Below, in pieces: positions 48,850-60,902 of a stretch of 64,000 bases of DNA; position 1 is the first letter of the stretch; each line of letters opens with the position of its first letter. The stretch comes from Lama guanicoe. Lineage: Eukaryota. The stretch covers positions 8,267,352 through 8,331,351 of the forward strand of contig MU053934.1 of the NCBI GenBank assembly GCA_013239625.1, read 5' to 3'. Below the pieces are notes generated by a model. The model was not told the origin of the DNA and ran no database searches. It saw only the letters and a program-made list of their open reading frames with translations. A program made the translations under genes and the position numbers.

Positions 48850-49420
48850 AACCACACGGGCTCACCGGGAGTTCAGGTTGGTGTTCTGGAAGAAACCCCA
48901 GTGAAGGAACCTCCGAACGCAGGACAAAGTGACATAAGGGACAGGAGTGAGCAGAGGGACCTAGGGAGGCGGACATTTGATCTCGAGATTCACGAGCATC
49001 TGAGAGCAGCTCCCAGGAGCGCGGGGACAAGGAGGAAGAGAAACCAGAGCTTAAGAAATAGCGATGGAAGTAATGTGTCCTGCGAGCTGCAGCCAGACTC
49101 ACGTTTACGGATCAAACGTGCGGTGAGAGTGGAGCAGGACTAACACTGGACAAACACCCACACCCGGTGAAATTCAGAATGGCACCAAGAAGAGGACACC
49201 CTAAAAGCTCACTCTGCGAGAACGCAGTCCCAGACCAGCGCGTGCAAGGGTCAGATTTCTCCCCATCGGCCAGGAAGACATCCTGGAGGACAGCAGAGCA
49301 AGGTCCGCAAAGTCCGGAAGGCAGAGGTTTTGAACCGAGCTCTGCACAAGCTGAGCCATCCGCAGGATGAAGGCTTCCACGCATCAGGAGGAGGGCAGCT
49401 GGCTGACCCCACGCCCTGCA
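48850..49420 (+). mobile_element. Highly diverged L1/HAL1 ORF1 relic
   Basis: gtgaaattcagaa ... ccctaaaagct ... tcagatttctc ... gaggacagcagagcaa ... ggttttgaaccgagctctg follows the order of L1 ORF1 C-terminal motifs (KILKA, DFS, RRQW, FQPRILY). Confidence 0.5.
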
Positions 49421-50599
49421 CGCACACCTGAGCCCGGGCTGCGCGTGCACACGCGCTCAGCTGCTTGTGATCAAACCGGGGGCCGGGGCTGCCGAGGCCG
49501 CGGGGGCAGCAGACACCCCAAGGCAGGGCACAAGGTGCACATGGTGCTTGGCTCCAGGCAGTTTCTCCGCCCAGAGGCGTGTTTTCAAGAGTTGGGATCA
49601 CGCTTCCTAATCTGCAAGTCCAGTCACACCTATTGGCTCCTCAGGGAATAACGTTTATAGGGTGCTAACTTCATAAGCCCTGTTTATTAATTCCCTGCTC
49701 TAGACGTGGTCCACCACAAAGCGCACACAGATGATTATCGTTTGTTCCCCCTGGATCATAGATTCTGTCCCCCTGGCCAGTGGAGCAGCCCCAGCGGAGG
49801 AGCAGCAGGGGATGAGGAGGCGAGGGGTGTGTTTCGCCCCTCAGTGGTGCCCGGAGTTGGCAAATTGAGAAACTGAGGTTGACATTTTTGCTCATTGATT
49901 CATTTAACTCTGCCCGGTGCCCACTGAGTGTCAGAAGTGCTGGGGTGATGGGTTCCTCCTCCCGTGGTTGGGGCAGGGGGTCAAAAGGAAAATGCAGAAA
50001 CTCAGGAGAGAAACGCCAGCGTGACCAAGAACTGCCCAGAGCCGTCGGGTGGAGGGCATTTGGAGGGAGCGCCCCAGAATGGACACGTGCGAGGCGGCAC
50101 CCGGGGGTGGACACAAAGCCAGGAGAGAGTGGCAAGCAGCGACAGGTGGACAGGCTTCCTTCCCAGGGAACAGCCGGTGCAGGACCAGGCTCGAGGAATT
50201 GAGAGAGGGCCAGTGAGGCTGGGCTGGGGGTCCCGGAGGGTGGGGAGAGGGACATGGAGGGTGACAGAGACCCCAGGGCCAGGTCACACTGCTCTGGAGG
50301 GCAGCTGAGTCTGAGCTGGACTGAAAGTGCCATCAGTGTGTGTCGGGAATTTTAAGCAGAGGAGAGTCCTGACCTGGCAAGCTCCCTCTGGCTGCTGGCT
50401 TGGTGTGGAAGATACAGGCAGAGGAGACTGGAGTCAGAGGCGATGGCAGGGCCAGGACCGTAACCGGAAGCCTATGTTGTAAATCCTGGAGTCAATGGAG
50501 CTGGTACCGAGGAGCAAATACCAGTGGGGGGTGGAGAGGCAGGCGGTGGGGGGAGCGTGGGTGAAGGAGGCAGCATTTCAGAGCAGCAGCCACAGATAC

Positions 50600-50802
50600 T
50601 GTGTGAAGTCGATAAGAAAGAGGTGGAAGTGTATTATTTAAAGTTATAAAGGGAAGCGGAGAACAGCCGCTAGCTCACGGGAGAGGGTCTGCACGCTGGG
50701 ATGGAGTGGAGGCGGCTTTTACTCTTCATTCTACATGGTTCTGTAAGATTTGCATATGCATAATACATAATCATGTGCATATGTAACTTTTTTAATTAAA
50801 AA
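50600..50802 (+). mobile_element. Old L1 (L1ME/HAL1-like) 3' end fragment
   Basis: aaagttataaagg ... catgtgcatatgtaacttttttaattaaaaa. Confidence 0.45.
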
Positions 50803-50879
50803 GGAGAGGTGGGGAGAAACTGAAAAGAAGTGGCCGGCCTGCTTCCAGTGAGCTGCCACAGACTTAATGTTAGAGGAGG

Positions 50880-51200
50880 AGACGGGGGTCATAGTGGATG
50901 CTGCATAGAGAAGCACGGGGGGTCAAAGAGGCTTCTCCAAGAGGTGGCACCAAGGCTGAACCTGAGGATGAGGAGGGGCCAGCCCTGGGGTGGGGGAGGG
51001 GTGGGCAAGCAGGGAAAAGGAACAGAGGAGACAGCAAGTGCAAACCCTGAGGCCGGACAGGTCCAGGGATGTGTGAGGTCCAGCGAGGAAGCAGGCGTGA
51101 GACCATGGAGGAAGTGGATAAGGCGGGTGGGAGAGGGCTCACTCAGGCCCTGGGGCTGGAACGGATCCCTGGTCGCTGGGCCATTTGATGGCAATGAGTT
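50880..51200 (-). mobile_element. L2 fragment
   Basis: gtcaaagaggcttctccaagaggtggc ... gctgaacctgaggatga ... acagcaagtgcaaaccctgagg. Confidence 0.65.
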
Positions 51201-51239
51201 TGGCCCTATGTGTGTATTCCAGAATTACATCCCCACAGA

Positions 51240-51450
51240 CAGCTAGCGCTTGTGGGCGCTCAGCCTGCGCCACGCCCTGTGCTGAGAACTGCTCGAGGAT
51301 TATTTCATTCACTCCTCATGGAAAACCTGCATCATTTTGCCCATTTTACAGATGAGAAAACCAAGGCTCAGAGAAGTGAACTAGCTCACCCAGAGTTGGA
51401 GGGCTGGTAGACGGTAGAGCTGGGATTTGAACCCAAGCAGCCCAACTGCC
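51240..51450 (-). mobile_element. MIR fragment
   Basis: cccattttacagatgagaaaaccaaggctcagagaagtgaa ... gagctgggatttgaacccaagcag. Confidence 0.85.
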
Positions 51451-52014
51451 CATTCTCCAGCACCACCTCTTGCAGAGGACAAGGCCATCCCTTGTGGTCC
51501 CCTAAACCGTGGCTGGCTGTCCCCAGGTGGTACTGGCAGCAGGCGAAGGCTGAGATGCAAGCACTGCTCCTACAAGGAGGCTCTCTGATCCTGGACCAGT
51601 GCATCCAGGAGCTCCCCCAGCGTTGGAAATTCAATTCGATTATAAATGCATTAAAAAGTCATCAGAGCCCAGAAGCCTTCCAACTGCAGAAACGCAGCAT
51701 CACGGAGTGAGGCAGAAATCGAGCGTACCGGCTCCTCGGGGAGCTGCCTGCAGCTCTTGGAGGAAATACTCAGTTCTGAAGTGCTCACTGAGGCAAAACG
51801 ACGCCAGTGAGTCGGGAAATAATGGATGCTAAACACTCACTTCTTAGGAAGGCCCACGGCATCCCAGCCGAGCAAGGGCAGCTGGGCACCTGCAGCCTCC
51901 TAAGAAGGGTGGGGCTTCTCTGCTTCTAAGAGCAGAAAATCCAATATTTGCCAGCTCCACATGCAAACACTATGCAGGCCATGCCTTGGGGTGGAAATAG
52001 CAGGGGGTGGGGTC

Positions 52015-52160
52015 CAAGTTCTGCCTCTGTGCCCCCTCTGCCTTTGCTGTGTGACCATTGACAAGTCACTCTGTTTCCCCGAGCTCAGTCTTCTTGACTG
52101 TACATGGGATGACATAGGGGATCTATTTCACCGTGCTAGCAAGCCCAGCATTTCGGAGAA
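52015..52160 (+). mobile_element. MIR fragment
   Basis: gctgtgtgaccattgacaagtcactc ... ctcagtcttcttgactgtacatgggatga. Confidence 0.65.
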
Positions 52161-52955
52161 TCCGGGTGACAGCAGGTGAGCTCACACGAGCCCGTCCCCA
52201 GGTCTCCGCACGTGCCGTTCCCTCTCCTTGGGATGCTGTTCCCTGACTTCCCCTGGCCAGCTCCAGCAGGTCTCGGCTTAAACGTCATATCCTCAGCAAT
52301 GGTGTCCCTTGCCCTCCCGTTTTTCCTGTGAGATGATTGTCCTTTCTCGCAGTGCCCTGTTCTCCGTGGCCACCCAGCCAGGCCCTGTGGCCATGGGGAG
52401 CCAGAGAGGGGCGAGCCCCCAGCCCTGCCTGGGGGTCTGCAGTCTGGAGACAGAGCAGAAGCACTAACCTGGAAATTGCTGGGGTCGCACAGGAAGGGCG
52501 GCTCCTACTGCTGCGCCGTGCCTTCGTGCCTTCGGGGAGGAACGGGATTTTAACAAGTGTCCTGGGGAGAGGAACTCCGGGAGGAGGGACCAGCCTGGGC
52601 AAAGCAGAGAGGGGTCTGAATGCCCAGAGAACCTGGGGACAGGATACAATCTCGTGTGACTGCAGCTTGTTGGGGCGGATGTGCACATTGAGGGTATAGA
52701 CCCAGGAGGACAGGAGCCCCGGGATGAATCTGGGGTGGGAGACCCTCGGAGTAGCAGCAGTTCGCAGTTAGATGGTGGTGAACAAGGCGGGCTGGTATCT
52801 CCGGGGCCTGCCCTCTGGGGTCCAGCTTGCAGCTGGGACCTGAGTTTGCATCCTCACAAATACCACGGCGCCAGGCCCCCCGCAGGTGCTCAGCCTGCGG
52901 GCTGCACCAGCCCCGGGAGCCTGTCCGTGCGGCCGGGGGCTGTGGGGCTCGGGAG

Positions 52956-53489
52956 TGCTGGGAGCAAAAGCTCCCTCCCACCCCAAAATGTGTCTCCGCC
53001 CCGCGGATTAATTTAGGGTAATTGTTTCTAAGGAGCAGAAGACTCAGGGAAGTCTTTCTTTTTACCTCCCCTCAGCTGCCTAAAGAATTTAGATAAAGGT
53101 CCTGTTCCTGGAATAGAGCCATTGCCAGAGATGCCTGCAAAGAAGGGGGCCAGGGGTGGGGGGGACCCAGGCCTAGCGATGAGTCTACTCTGTGCCTCAC
53201 TGTCTCTGCAAGGCCCACAAACATTGGCTCTTCCATCTCCGTGTAAATTGCCTTCCTCCTCTTTGAAGTCCCAAACCACACCCCCCAGCATCCTTTTCTG
53301 TCTTTAGCTGAAGATGACGCGTAATGAAGGCGTTTCGGCCACGTGGGGGGTTAGTTCTCCTGGCCTCTCCCGTGTGTTCATGTTCCTGAAATGTCGTCTT
53401 TCTCCTGTTGATCTGTCCCGTGTCCATTTCATTCTTAGACCAGCCAGAAGAACCCAGGAGGGTAGAGGGAAATCTCTTCCTCCCCTACA
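52956..53489 (+). mobile_element. ERV1 solo LTR (MER34-like)
   Basis: TG...CA ends; ccaccccaaaatgtgtctc near the 5' end; ttctcctgttgatctgtc ... agggtagagggaaatctcttcctcccctaca at the 3' end. Confidence 0.75.
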
Positions 53490-54039
53490 GAATCGAGGCC
53501 GGCTTGTTTCCCAGCCCGTCCCCTGGCATCTCCGGGTTCCAGGGTTTTATGCGAGCTATTTCCCCTCTCAGCCTCAGCTTCCTCACTGCAAATGCATACA
53601 GTGACAATACTAGTTGACTGAGGAGACAGTAAGTGTGAAGGAGACCAGGTGGGGGCTCTGGAGGGGACAACAGCATGTGCAAAGGCTCAGGGCCAGGGGA
53701 CTGTCTCTCTGAGCACAGCAGACAGTGGCGGGGGTGGGGCCGCAGAGGTGGAGAGGCCCGAAAGGGGTCAGGCTGCGTCTGAAGTGGGAAGGGTGGGTTA
53801 CGCGTAGCTGATCAGCTGGAAAGCATATGATGACAGGTGCCTTCCAGAAAAAAGACACTGCTGCTGACATGCAGAGGGTGGACTGGAGGGGCCGTGAGTC
53901 TTAAAATTGGCAAGGGAGACCAAGGGCACCAGAGAGGAAATGCATAATGTCCCAGAATGATGGCCGTTAGAGTCGGTCTTCCAGGCACTTGCTGAGGGCA
54001 AGGCTCTGTATAGCTATTAAGTCAAATGTGATAGCTTTA

Positions 54040-54145
54040 CCGTGTTACAGCTGAGGCACACCTGGGGCACAGAGAGGTTAAGTAACTCACACAAGATCAC
54101 ACAGCCCAGGTGGTCCACATTCATAGCACATCCTCCTAACCGCTG
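54040..54145 (-). mobile_element. MIR fragment
   Basis: gcacagagaggttaagtaactcacacaagatcacacagc. Confidence 0.8.
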
Positions 54146-55539
54146 GCCATACCTGCAGGAGAGCCCACTGAGCAATCCGACACCAGCCCAAAGCGTATCT
54201 TAGCACCAAAGCCACCCTGGGCTACACAGATCATTGCTAGCAACTGTCTATGATATTTGCACGACACTTTACAGTTTGCAAAGCATCTTCACCTATGTCA
54301 TCTCATAAGACCCATACAATAGCCCTGAACAGCACTACCAGTTCTGTTTTTCAGACATCAAGGGACTGGCCCCAGCTCACAGGGGAACATCCGGGACTCA
54401 CTCCTGGCCAGGTCGGCTGATCCCGCCTGGCTAGAATGCAGACCCTGCTAACCGCCGTCACCCTCCCTGAGCCTCCGCAGGGCACCAAGTCCATCTGCTG
54501 CCCTCTCCACTCACTCGGTCATCCGTCCCATCCGCTCCACAGCATGAACATTCTGGGCCTCGCTTTACAGACGAGGCCACTTGAGGCTCAGATTGTTGGA
54601 GTCATTTGCCCAAGGCCACACAGCTTCTAAGCGCTGGAGTGGGGCTATAAGCTTGACTCAGTCAGGCTACAAAGCCTGCACTCTTTCCTCTGTGTCCTGC
54701 TGAGCAGGGCCCTGAAAATCAATTGATGACTGAGCTGGTGTCTTTGCAGCTGCCCTTCCATCCCGTCAGGTCTGCCCACTCTGTTCCTTGATTCTGGATG
54801 GCAGGCCCTAGGAAAGTACGTCTTAAAAGCGCAGAGGGTTTCCATGAAGCAGCTAGATGACACCCAAGCTCTTCTCTGGAGCAGGACAGCACTTGCGAGG
54901 AGGCACGATGAGCTTTAATTGTCTCCCGGTCTTTCATCATCTCTGGCCCGCTCTCTCTGTAGACCTCCGTGGAGGCTAATTGGCAGCGGGTGTAGGAACC
55001 CGACAGCAGCGGTGCGTCCCTTCAAGTGACTGATGTTGAGGAGATCACACAGCTTGGGAGTTGCGTTTAGAGGACGGTTTGGCTCCGAGACACAAACCCC
55101 AAAGGGCTTACTGCGGGAGGGAGGCTGTGGCACTCTGGCAGAGAGGCAGGAAGGGATTTCTAGCCTCTCTGCTCCTTGCTAGGAAGTGGAGAGGGTTCAA
55201 TTTTGTATTCAGTTGGCCTGGTCTACAGGGCTAGTGGGTACTCACCCCGACAGTGACATCTGGGGTTCAGTGCAGGCTGGGAGGCGTCTCGGAGGCAGAT
55301 TTCCTGGTTTTTAACAACGACATAATGTAACCCAAAAGAATCTCTTGGCCCCATGTGGCCCAGTCTCTGTAAAGAGTCTACAGCTCAGGAATTCAGGAAG
55401 CAGCCAGTTACTGCGGACTCTCCCTAGGGGTCTGAGAGATGGAGATGTTGAGAGGAGAAAGACAAGATTCTCTTTCTCTGGGAGGACCTGCTGGCAGTTT
55501 CCCCACGTCACGGCAGCACTGCTGTGTCATGGTAATAAT

Positions 55540-55960
55540 GGTCACTGTTTGAGCAGAGCTCCTCTGTGTCAGGCTCCATCAGCCACTGTCCTCACCCTTA
55601 AGGAGTCCCCTACCCTGGCAGAGAAAGACCCTTGTCCTCCACAGGGTCAGTGTCACCAGTGCCTTCCTAGAAGCCTGCACAGGTCTGCTGGGGAAGAGGG
55701 AGGGGATCAGGACGGCTTCATGGAGGAGGTGGTGTTTGACTCGGGAGTAGATATTTACCAAGAAGACAGGTGCCCTCGGAACAAAGGGAACAGCAGGAAT
55801 GGAGGCGTGAGCCCAGCTGTGTGCCAGGTACGAGTGCCGAGGCTGGTGGTGGCAGAGGGACGGTGGAGGGGCGTTTAGCGGTAGAGAAGGAGGGGACCGG
55901 ACGGAAAAGTGTTCCTGGCAGAGGGAACAGCATGCGCGAAGACCTTGGAGTGGGAAAGAG
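55540..55960 (-). mobile_element. L2 fragments
   Basis: atcaggacggcttcatggaggaggtggtgtttgac ... gttcctggcagagggaacagcatgcgcgaagacc. Confidence 0.65.
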
Positions 55961-57905
55961 CCTGGGGTGCCGGGGTGCCTGGGGAGCTGTGTACCTGCGG
56001 GGCCTGCCCCTCCAGCTGACGTGCCCGTGGGACGAGCGGTGCTGCCGCCTCTGTGCCGGGTTGGTGCCACCATCCCGCTGTACAGCTAAGGACAGAGCGG
56101 CTTGGCCAAGGCCGCCGTGGTCAGGGAGGTCTGGTGGGCGTCAGGTCTCAGGCTGCCTGCATCCCAGGCCTGCAGGACCTCATGCCTCTGAGCCTCCTCC
56201 AATCCCCTAAGCACCTCGGAAGACCTGGGCTTTGAGAGTTCTGTCCACACGGCGCGGGCTCACTCAGCTCTGGACCACCCCGTGCACCTGGCCGGTGAGC
56301 TTGGACAGCTCCTCAGGCAAACTGCTCCCGCAGAGCGCACGTGGGTTCCCATTTGGCCACTGCTACCAGCTGGTGGCCCGGCGAGGCCCTTCCTCCCCCT
56401 GGACCTCATCTGCAAGGTGGGGATGACCAAATGGAACACTCCGGAAGGAAGTGCCCGGCCGGGGCTGACCAGGGGGGCGGCCACATCTGGTGGAGGAATC
56501 ACCTGTGTCAGGACCCTCGTCAGTCACTCTGCCCCTAATGCTTCTCTGTGCAGAGGCTCAAGCCCCAGCTTTGCGACACACTGCAGGTGGCTCCGGCCCC
56601 TGCCCCTTGAAGCCCAGTGTCCCACCTAGAGAACGACCATGCACCCCCGTCGCCAGCGTGACCATCACCTGGAGAGACAAGTTCTCAAAGAAGCCCAAGG
56701 GGATGAGGGGCTTGGGAGGGGCTGCCCGGACCCCGCCGAGGCCCCAGGGCCCCAGACCTGCGGGTTCCAGGCGTTAAGAGCCTCCTGCCCAGTCGACAGG
56801 AGCAGTGTGAACGCGACAGTGCCGGGGCCTCTGTCGGGAGGGCGGCCGCAGAAAGGAACCATTGACTTGCCTCGGAAGCTTTTGCTGCCTGTTTTTGAGA
56901 GACAGAAACAGAGAAAATACCCAACGTGTGCTGGCGAACATTTAATACGTTTAAATTGCTGAAGAGGGTACTTCACCTTTATTTCAGGGCCACTCCAGGC
57001 TGAGAGAAGGAGGCAGGACAAGAGGGTGGAGGGTCTGGAGACAAGCAGAGACAGGCGGGGAGAGAGCCAGGACTGACCGCATAGGAGGGGGGTGGCCCAG
57101 AGGGACCCCTGCGAGACCCCAGGGAGAGCCTGTGTGGCCCCACCAGGCTGGCAGCTCCTAGAAACCATCTTCTGTACTCCTGGGGTGCTCGCTTGCGGGG
57201 GACCCGCCCAGAGCAGGCTCAGGGATGCTCCCTGGAAGGGAGGGAGGCTGAGGAGGGCAGATCCTGATCCCCTGGGCTCTCCTCAACTGTGCAGCCAGGA
57301 CTTGGAATTGGAGGGAGGGGTGTCTGACCACCTCCAGGTCCAAATGGGCTTCTAGAGGCGGAGGCCCTGCAGAGGTTGTCACTTTGTGTCCCCCAGTGAG
57401 CGGGAGGCGGTGGGAGACCAGGCAGCCCCCTCCCTCAGACCCTCCCATCTCCTCCCAACAGAGGCGCCCCCGGAAAAGATTTCATATGAAAGCCCACCAA
57501 AGGCAGCTCAAAGCTTCAAGGCCACAGTCCCCTCTCCAAGGGCCACTGATACCAGCCAAGGTCACCCAGGATTGGTGAGGTCCCCTAAGAGATGTGCCTG
57601 GGGAAACAGCCCACACTTCCTGGAGAGCCCACCTGTGACTGGAGCCGGGCTAAGTGCTTCTAGCAAATGAACTAGCGCTGCCCTCACCATGGAGCTGTGA
57701 GACCCTGCGTTTCCAGGCTGGGAAGGGGCACCCGGCAGCCAAGCCCTCACCAGGGTCTCGTGACTGGTAAGAGGTCAGGTCCTCTAACTCCAGAGCCCCC
57801 GATATAGTGCCCCGAGCACAGAGTAGGCTGTCAATGACAGCCCCCTTCTGAAGCAGGATAAGGACAATGATTGAGAAAAGGAAACCAGTTCTCACCATAG
57901 GATGG

Positions 57906-57923
57906 TGATTGACAGCTAATTAA
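57906..57923 (+). promoter_or_regulatory. PBX-MEIS/PREP decamer plus homeodomain site
   Basis: TGATTGACAG immediately followed by CTAATTAA within an AT-rich repeat-free island. Confidence 0.5.
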
Positions 57924-58419
57924 CAGTTTTTACTAAATTGGCTTCCATGTTATTCCTCTTCTGTGTTCAATCTTTCATTTAAATTAAAAAAAAAAAAGTG
58001 GACTCTGGTCTTTCCTTTTTGAGCTGGAGGCGACAACAAACTGGCCTGAGACTCGGGAAGGGCGGGTCCCAGTTTACGTGACTCCCTCACATCCCCGGGA
58101 GGCACAAGGGCCTCTCAGGACCCCGTTCCCTGCTGTTCACTCCTGCATGGGGAGCAGGTGGGCCTCTCTCTGCAGGTGATATCTGTGGTCACTGGGTCCC
58201 CATTTCCCTCCAGAGTCTCAGCCATAGGTCCTAGCTGACTCCCCACTCTGGGACCCTTCATTGCTCCCCCTCCATCTTCCACCCCCAACCCCGCTGCATG
58301 CCCCTCACCCCACCACCGTCTCCTCCTGTGTGCAAGGGCTGCCAGTGCCCCTTACATTTTGACACCCATCTCCCCCCTTGATTCTCCCTGCCCTCCTGGA
58401 GGATTGGCCCAAGCAGGGA

Positions 58420-58700
58420 TCATTGGCCCATTTTACAGATGGATGAACGGAGGCTCTCGGGGCTAAGAGGTATGCCCAGGGACACACAGCTACAGCACTG
58501 GAACTGTTCTTTTTGTTTTATTTGTTTGTTTTAAATGGTTCTTTTATTATTAGTATTATTGAAGTACAATCAATTACAATGTGTCCATTTCTGGTGTACA
58601 GCACAATGTCCTAGTCTTGCATATACATACATATATTCATTTTCATATTTTTTTTCCATTGAACTGTTCTTAAATCCCAGCCTTTCTGTCTCCTGGTCCG
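58420..58700 (-). mobile_element. MIR interrupted by an L1 insertion
   Basis: cccattttacagatggatgaacggaggctc ... cacacagct; MIR-like sequence resumes after 58671. Confidence 0.65.
58512..58660 (-). mobile_element. Young camelid-type L1 3' end with 11-bp target-site duplication
   Basis: T-rich tail, then attgaagtacaatcaattacaatgtgtccatttctggtgtacagcacaatgtcctagtcttgcatatacatacatatattc; flanked by gaactgttctt at 58501-58511 and 58661-58671. Confidence 0.85.
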
Positions 58701-59749
58701 TCTGCCTGGAAGGGTTGAGTGTGGGGAGGGGAGAGCCGACTTGAACAAATGTCTCCTGTACAAGATTCATTTCCTTAAAGGTCCTCTCTGCCTGGGGTCT
58801 TGAAATCTCAGGAGACAGAGGAGAGTATTTAACTTGGAAAAATAACCCCTCTCCCCTTTCGGTGTTTGAACTGCCGGTATTTAAACAGCTTCATAGCCTA
58901 AGGGCTTTGGGACATGTATTCTTTATTTTGCAAATTAATGTGAACTGGAGTATTTGTGAGTGACCTTTAAGCCACTGTCCCCTTCACGCTGCTGGCTGGG
59001 CAATTCTCCAGTGCCTCCATGTCCCCAGGCTCTGCCACCATGAATGATTTAAGAAAAGGACAATTATAATTCAAGTAATGAGATCAGAGGTTCCCAGTTC
59101 CCACTTAATTTAGAGCTGGGACCAGAGAAGCTTAAAGAGGTTCTCAGGGCAGAATTCAGAGGCAACAGAACAGGCTTTGAAAGGGCCCTGGGGCTGCACC
59201 CTCTGCAGCATCCAGGCCGGGGAGGGCCCACAGTTGGCTCAGCGAGAGGCAGCAGGACCAGCCAGACTAGGTTTCCTGCTTTCCTGCCCTCAGGCCTTTG
59301 CCCGGGCAGTGCCCCTTCCAGGATGCCCTCTGAAATCCCTTTACAGGGTTCCTCCCCCGTGAAGACGTTCCTGTTCCCTCAGTGACACATAAGCCTTCCC
59401 TGTCCCTGCTCTGTTCCTCTCCCTCAACCCCATTAGCTGGGAGCCATGCCATTACCTGGCTGTGGACTACCCCCACTTGACCCTGAACTTGACCTGGTCT
59501 CAGTGATAATTTGCATCATCAGGGCCCTGTGGTCGAGGGAGAATCAGTCATGCTCATCCTCAGGGAGCACCCAGGCTGGAGGGGAATGGCGTGTGAATAA
59601 ATCAGAGAGTGTGGGAGGTATGTGCAAATGTGGAAGACAGAGTCCTCCTCCCCAGTCTCTGCCCCTCCCTCCACCCTGGGACCTTGCAGTGCCTCCTAGG
59701 AGAGTAGGTGATGTCTACGCCCTCACCTTACAGACTTGGGGCTCGGCAG

Positions 59750-60026
59750 ATCAACGATGGCTGAGTGAAGTGAGCAGAGACCTTTCCTGAGCTGAGGTGG
59801 TTTGCTCTTCTGCCACAATCCAGAGGAGATCAGACCCCAGAATGAGAATGCAGAGCAGACCCGAAACGGATACAGCTTGGAGTCAAGTGCCACCGAACCC
59901 AGCTCTGTCCAGTCAGACCCAGCCAAGATCAGCCAAACCGCAGATCCACATTTGGTTGCTGTAAACCACTGAGATTTAGAGATTCTTTGTTATGGAGCAT
60001 TGTTACATCAAGAGCTGACCGATACA
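59750..60026 (+). mobile_element. MaLR LTR 3' part (MLT1J/K-like)
   Basis: cccagccaagatcagccaaaccgcaga ... tgtaaaccactgagattt ... tttgttatggagcatt ... agctgaccgataca. Confidence 0.65.
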
Positions 60027-60877
60027 TCAGAGACGAGCATGAGTCCAGAGTGGGGAAATCACAGGGGCAAACCCTGAGGGGCAGCATTAGTCTGGATGGA
60101 ATGACAACGTGCCAACCTAGCAAGGCACCCCTGGGGCAGAATTTACCCCAGCATGGAAGCTGGGGAAGTGTGAACAGCAAGGTGTCTGGGTGTGTGAGCA
60201 GAGTGCAGGTTGATCAGCACGGCCAGCAGGCCGCCCGGGTTCAAGCTGCACCTCTGCCCGCCTCTCAGGAGTAATGTACCTGCAGTTGCTCCGTTTTGCT
60301 GAGCTGCGTCTTTGTACAGAATTTTATTCTTTGCAATAGAGTCGGGTGATTGGTTGTAAAAGACAGTGTTTGTCAAGCAGGTGGTTCTGACCTGGCATTT
60401 GGTCACTGCCACGTGGAGTCCCTGCTGCTAATGCAGGCACATGCTGGGTTTCAGGCCTCGGCTACAGCGCTTCCTGTGGCCTCATCCTGGGTTTGGAGAT
60501 GGCCGCTGCCTCTGGCACTCCCAGCTTCCCAGGAGTTGGGGGCAGAGGCTGAGTGTCCGCGTGCGCACGTGAGACGGGAGCCAACTCAGCCAGAAACGAG
60601 AACACGGATACTGTTCCCAAGTGAAGGCCGGCGCCTGCACCTCGGGCTCCTGCGACGGCCTAGGGTCTCGTACGTTCCTGCAGCTGCGCCCACCCCACTG
60701 GGCGGTGGCTCGAGCGCCTGGACTCAAAACCCAGCAACCTACCCTGTGGTCAGGACCGCGCGGGGCCAGGGCGGCACCGAGAAGAGAGGGGTAAGAGGAT
60801 ACTGCGTGGGTGTTGTCACCACTATCCTAGCCAGACAGGGCTGGTGTGAACGTCAGAGCCAGAGCGGCTGTGCCCTT

Positions 60878-60902
60878 GTGTGTGCGTGTGTGTGTGTGTG
60901 TG
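60878..60902. repeat. (GT)n microsatellite, interrupted
   Basis: gtgtgtgcgtgtgtgtgtgtgtgtg. Confidence 0.9.
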
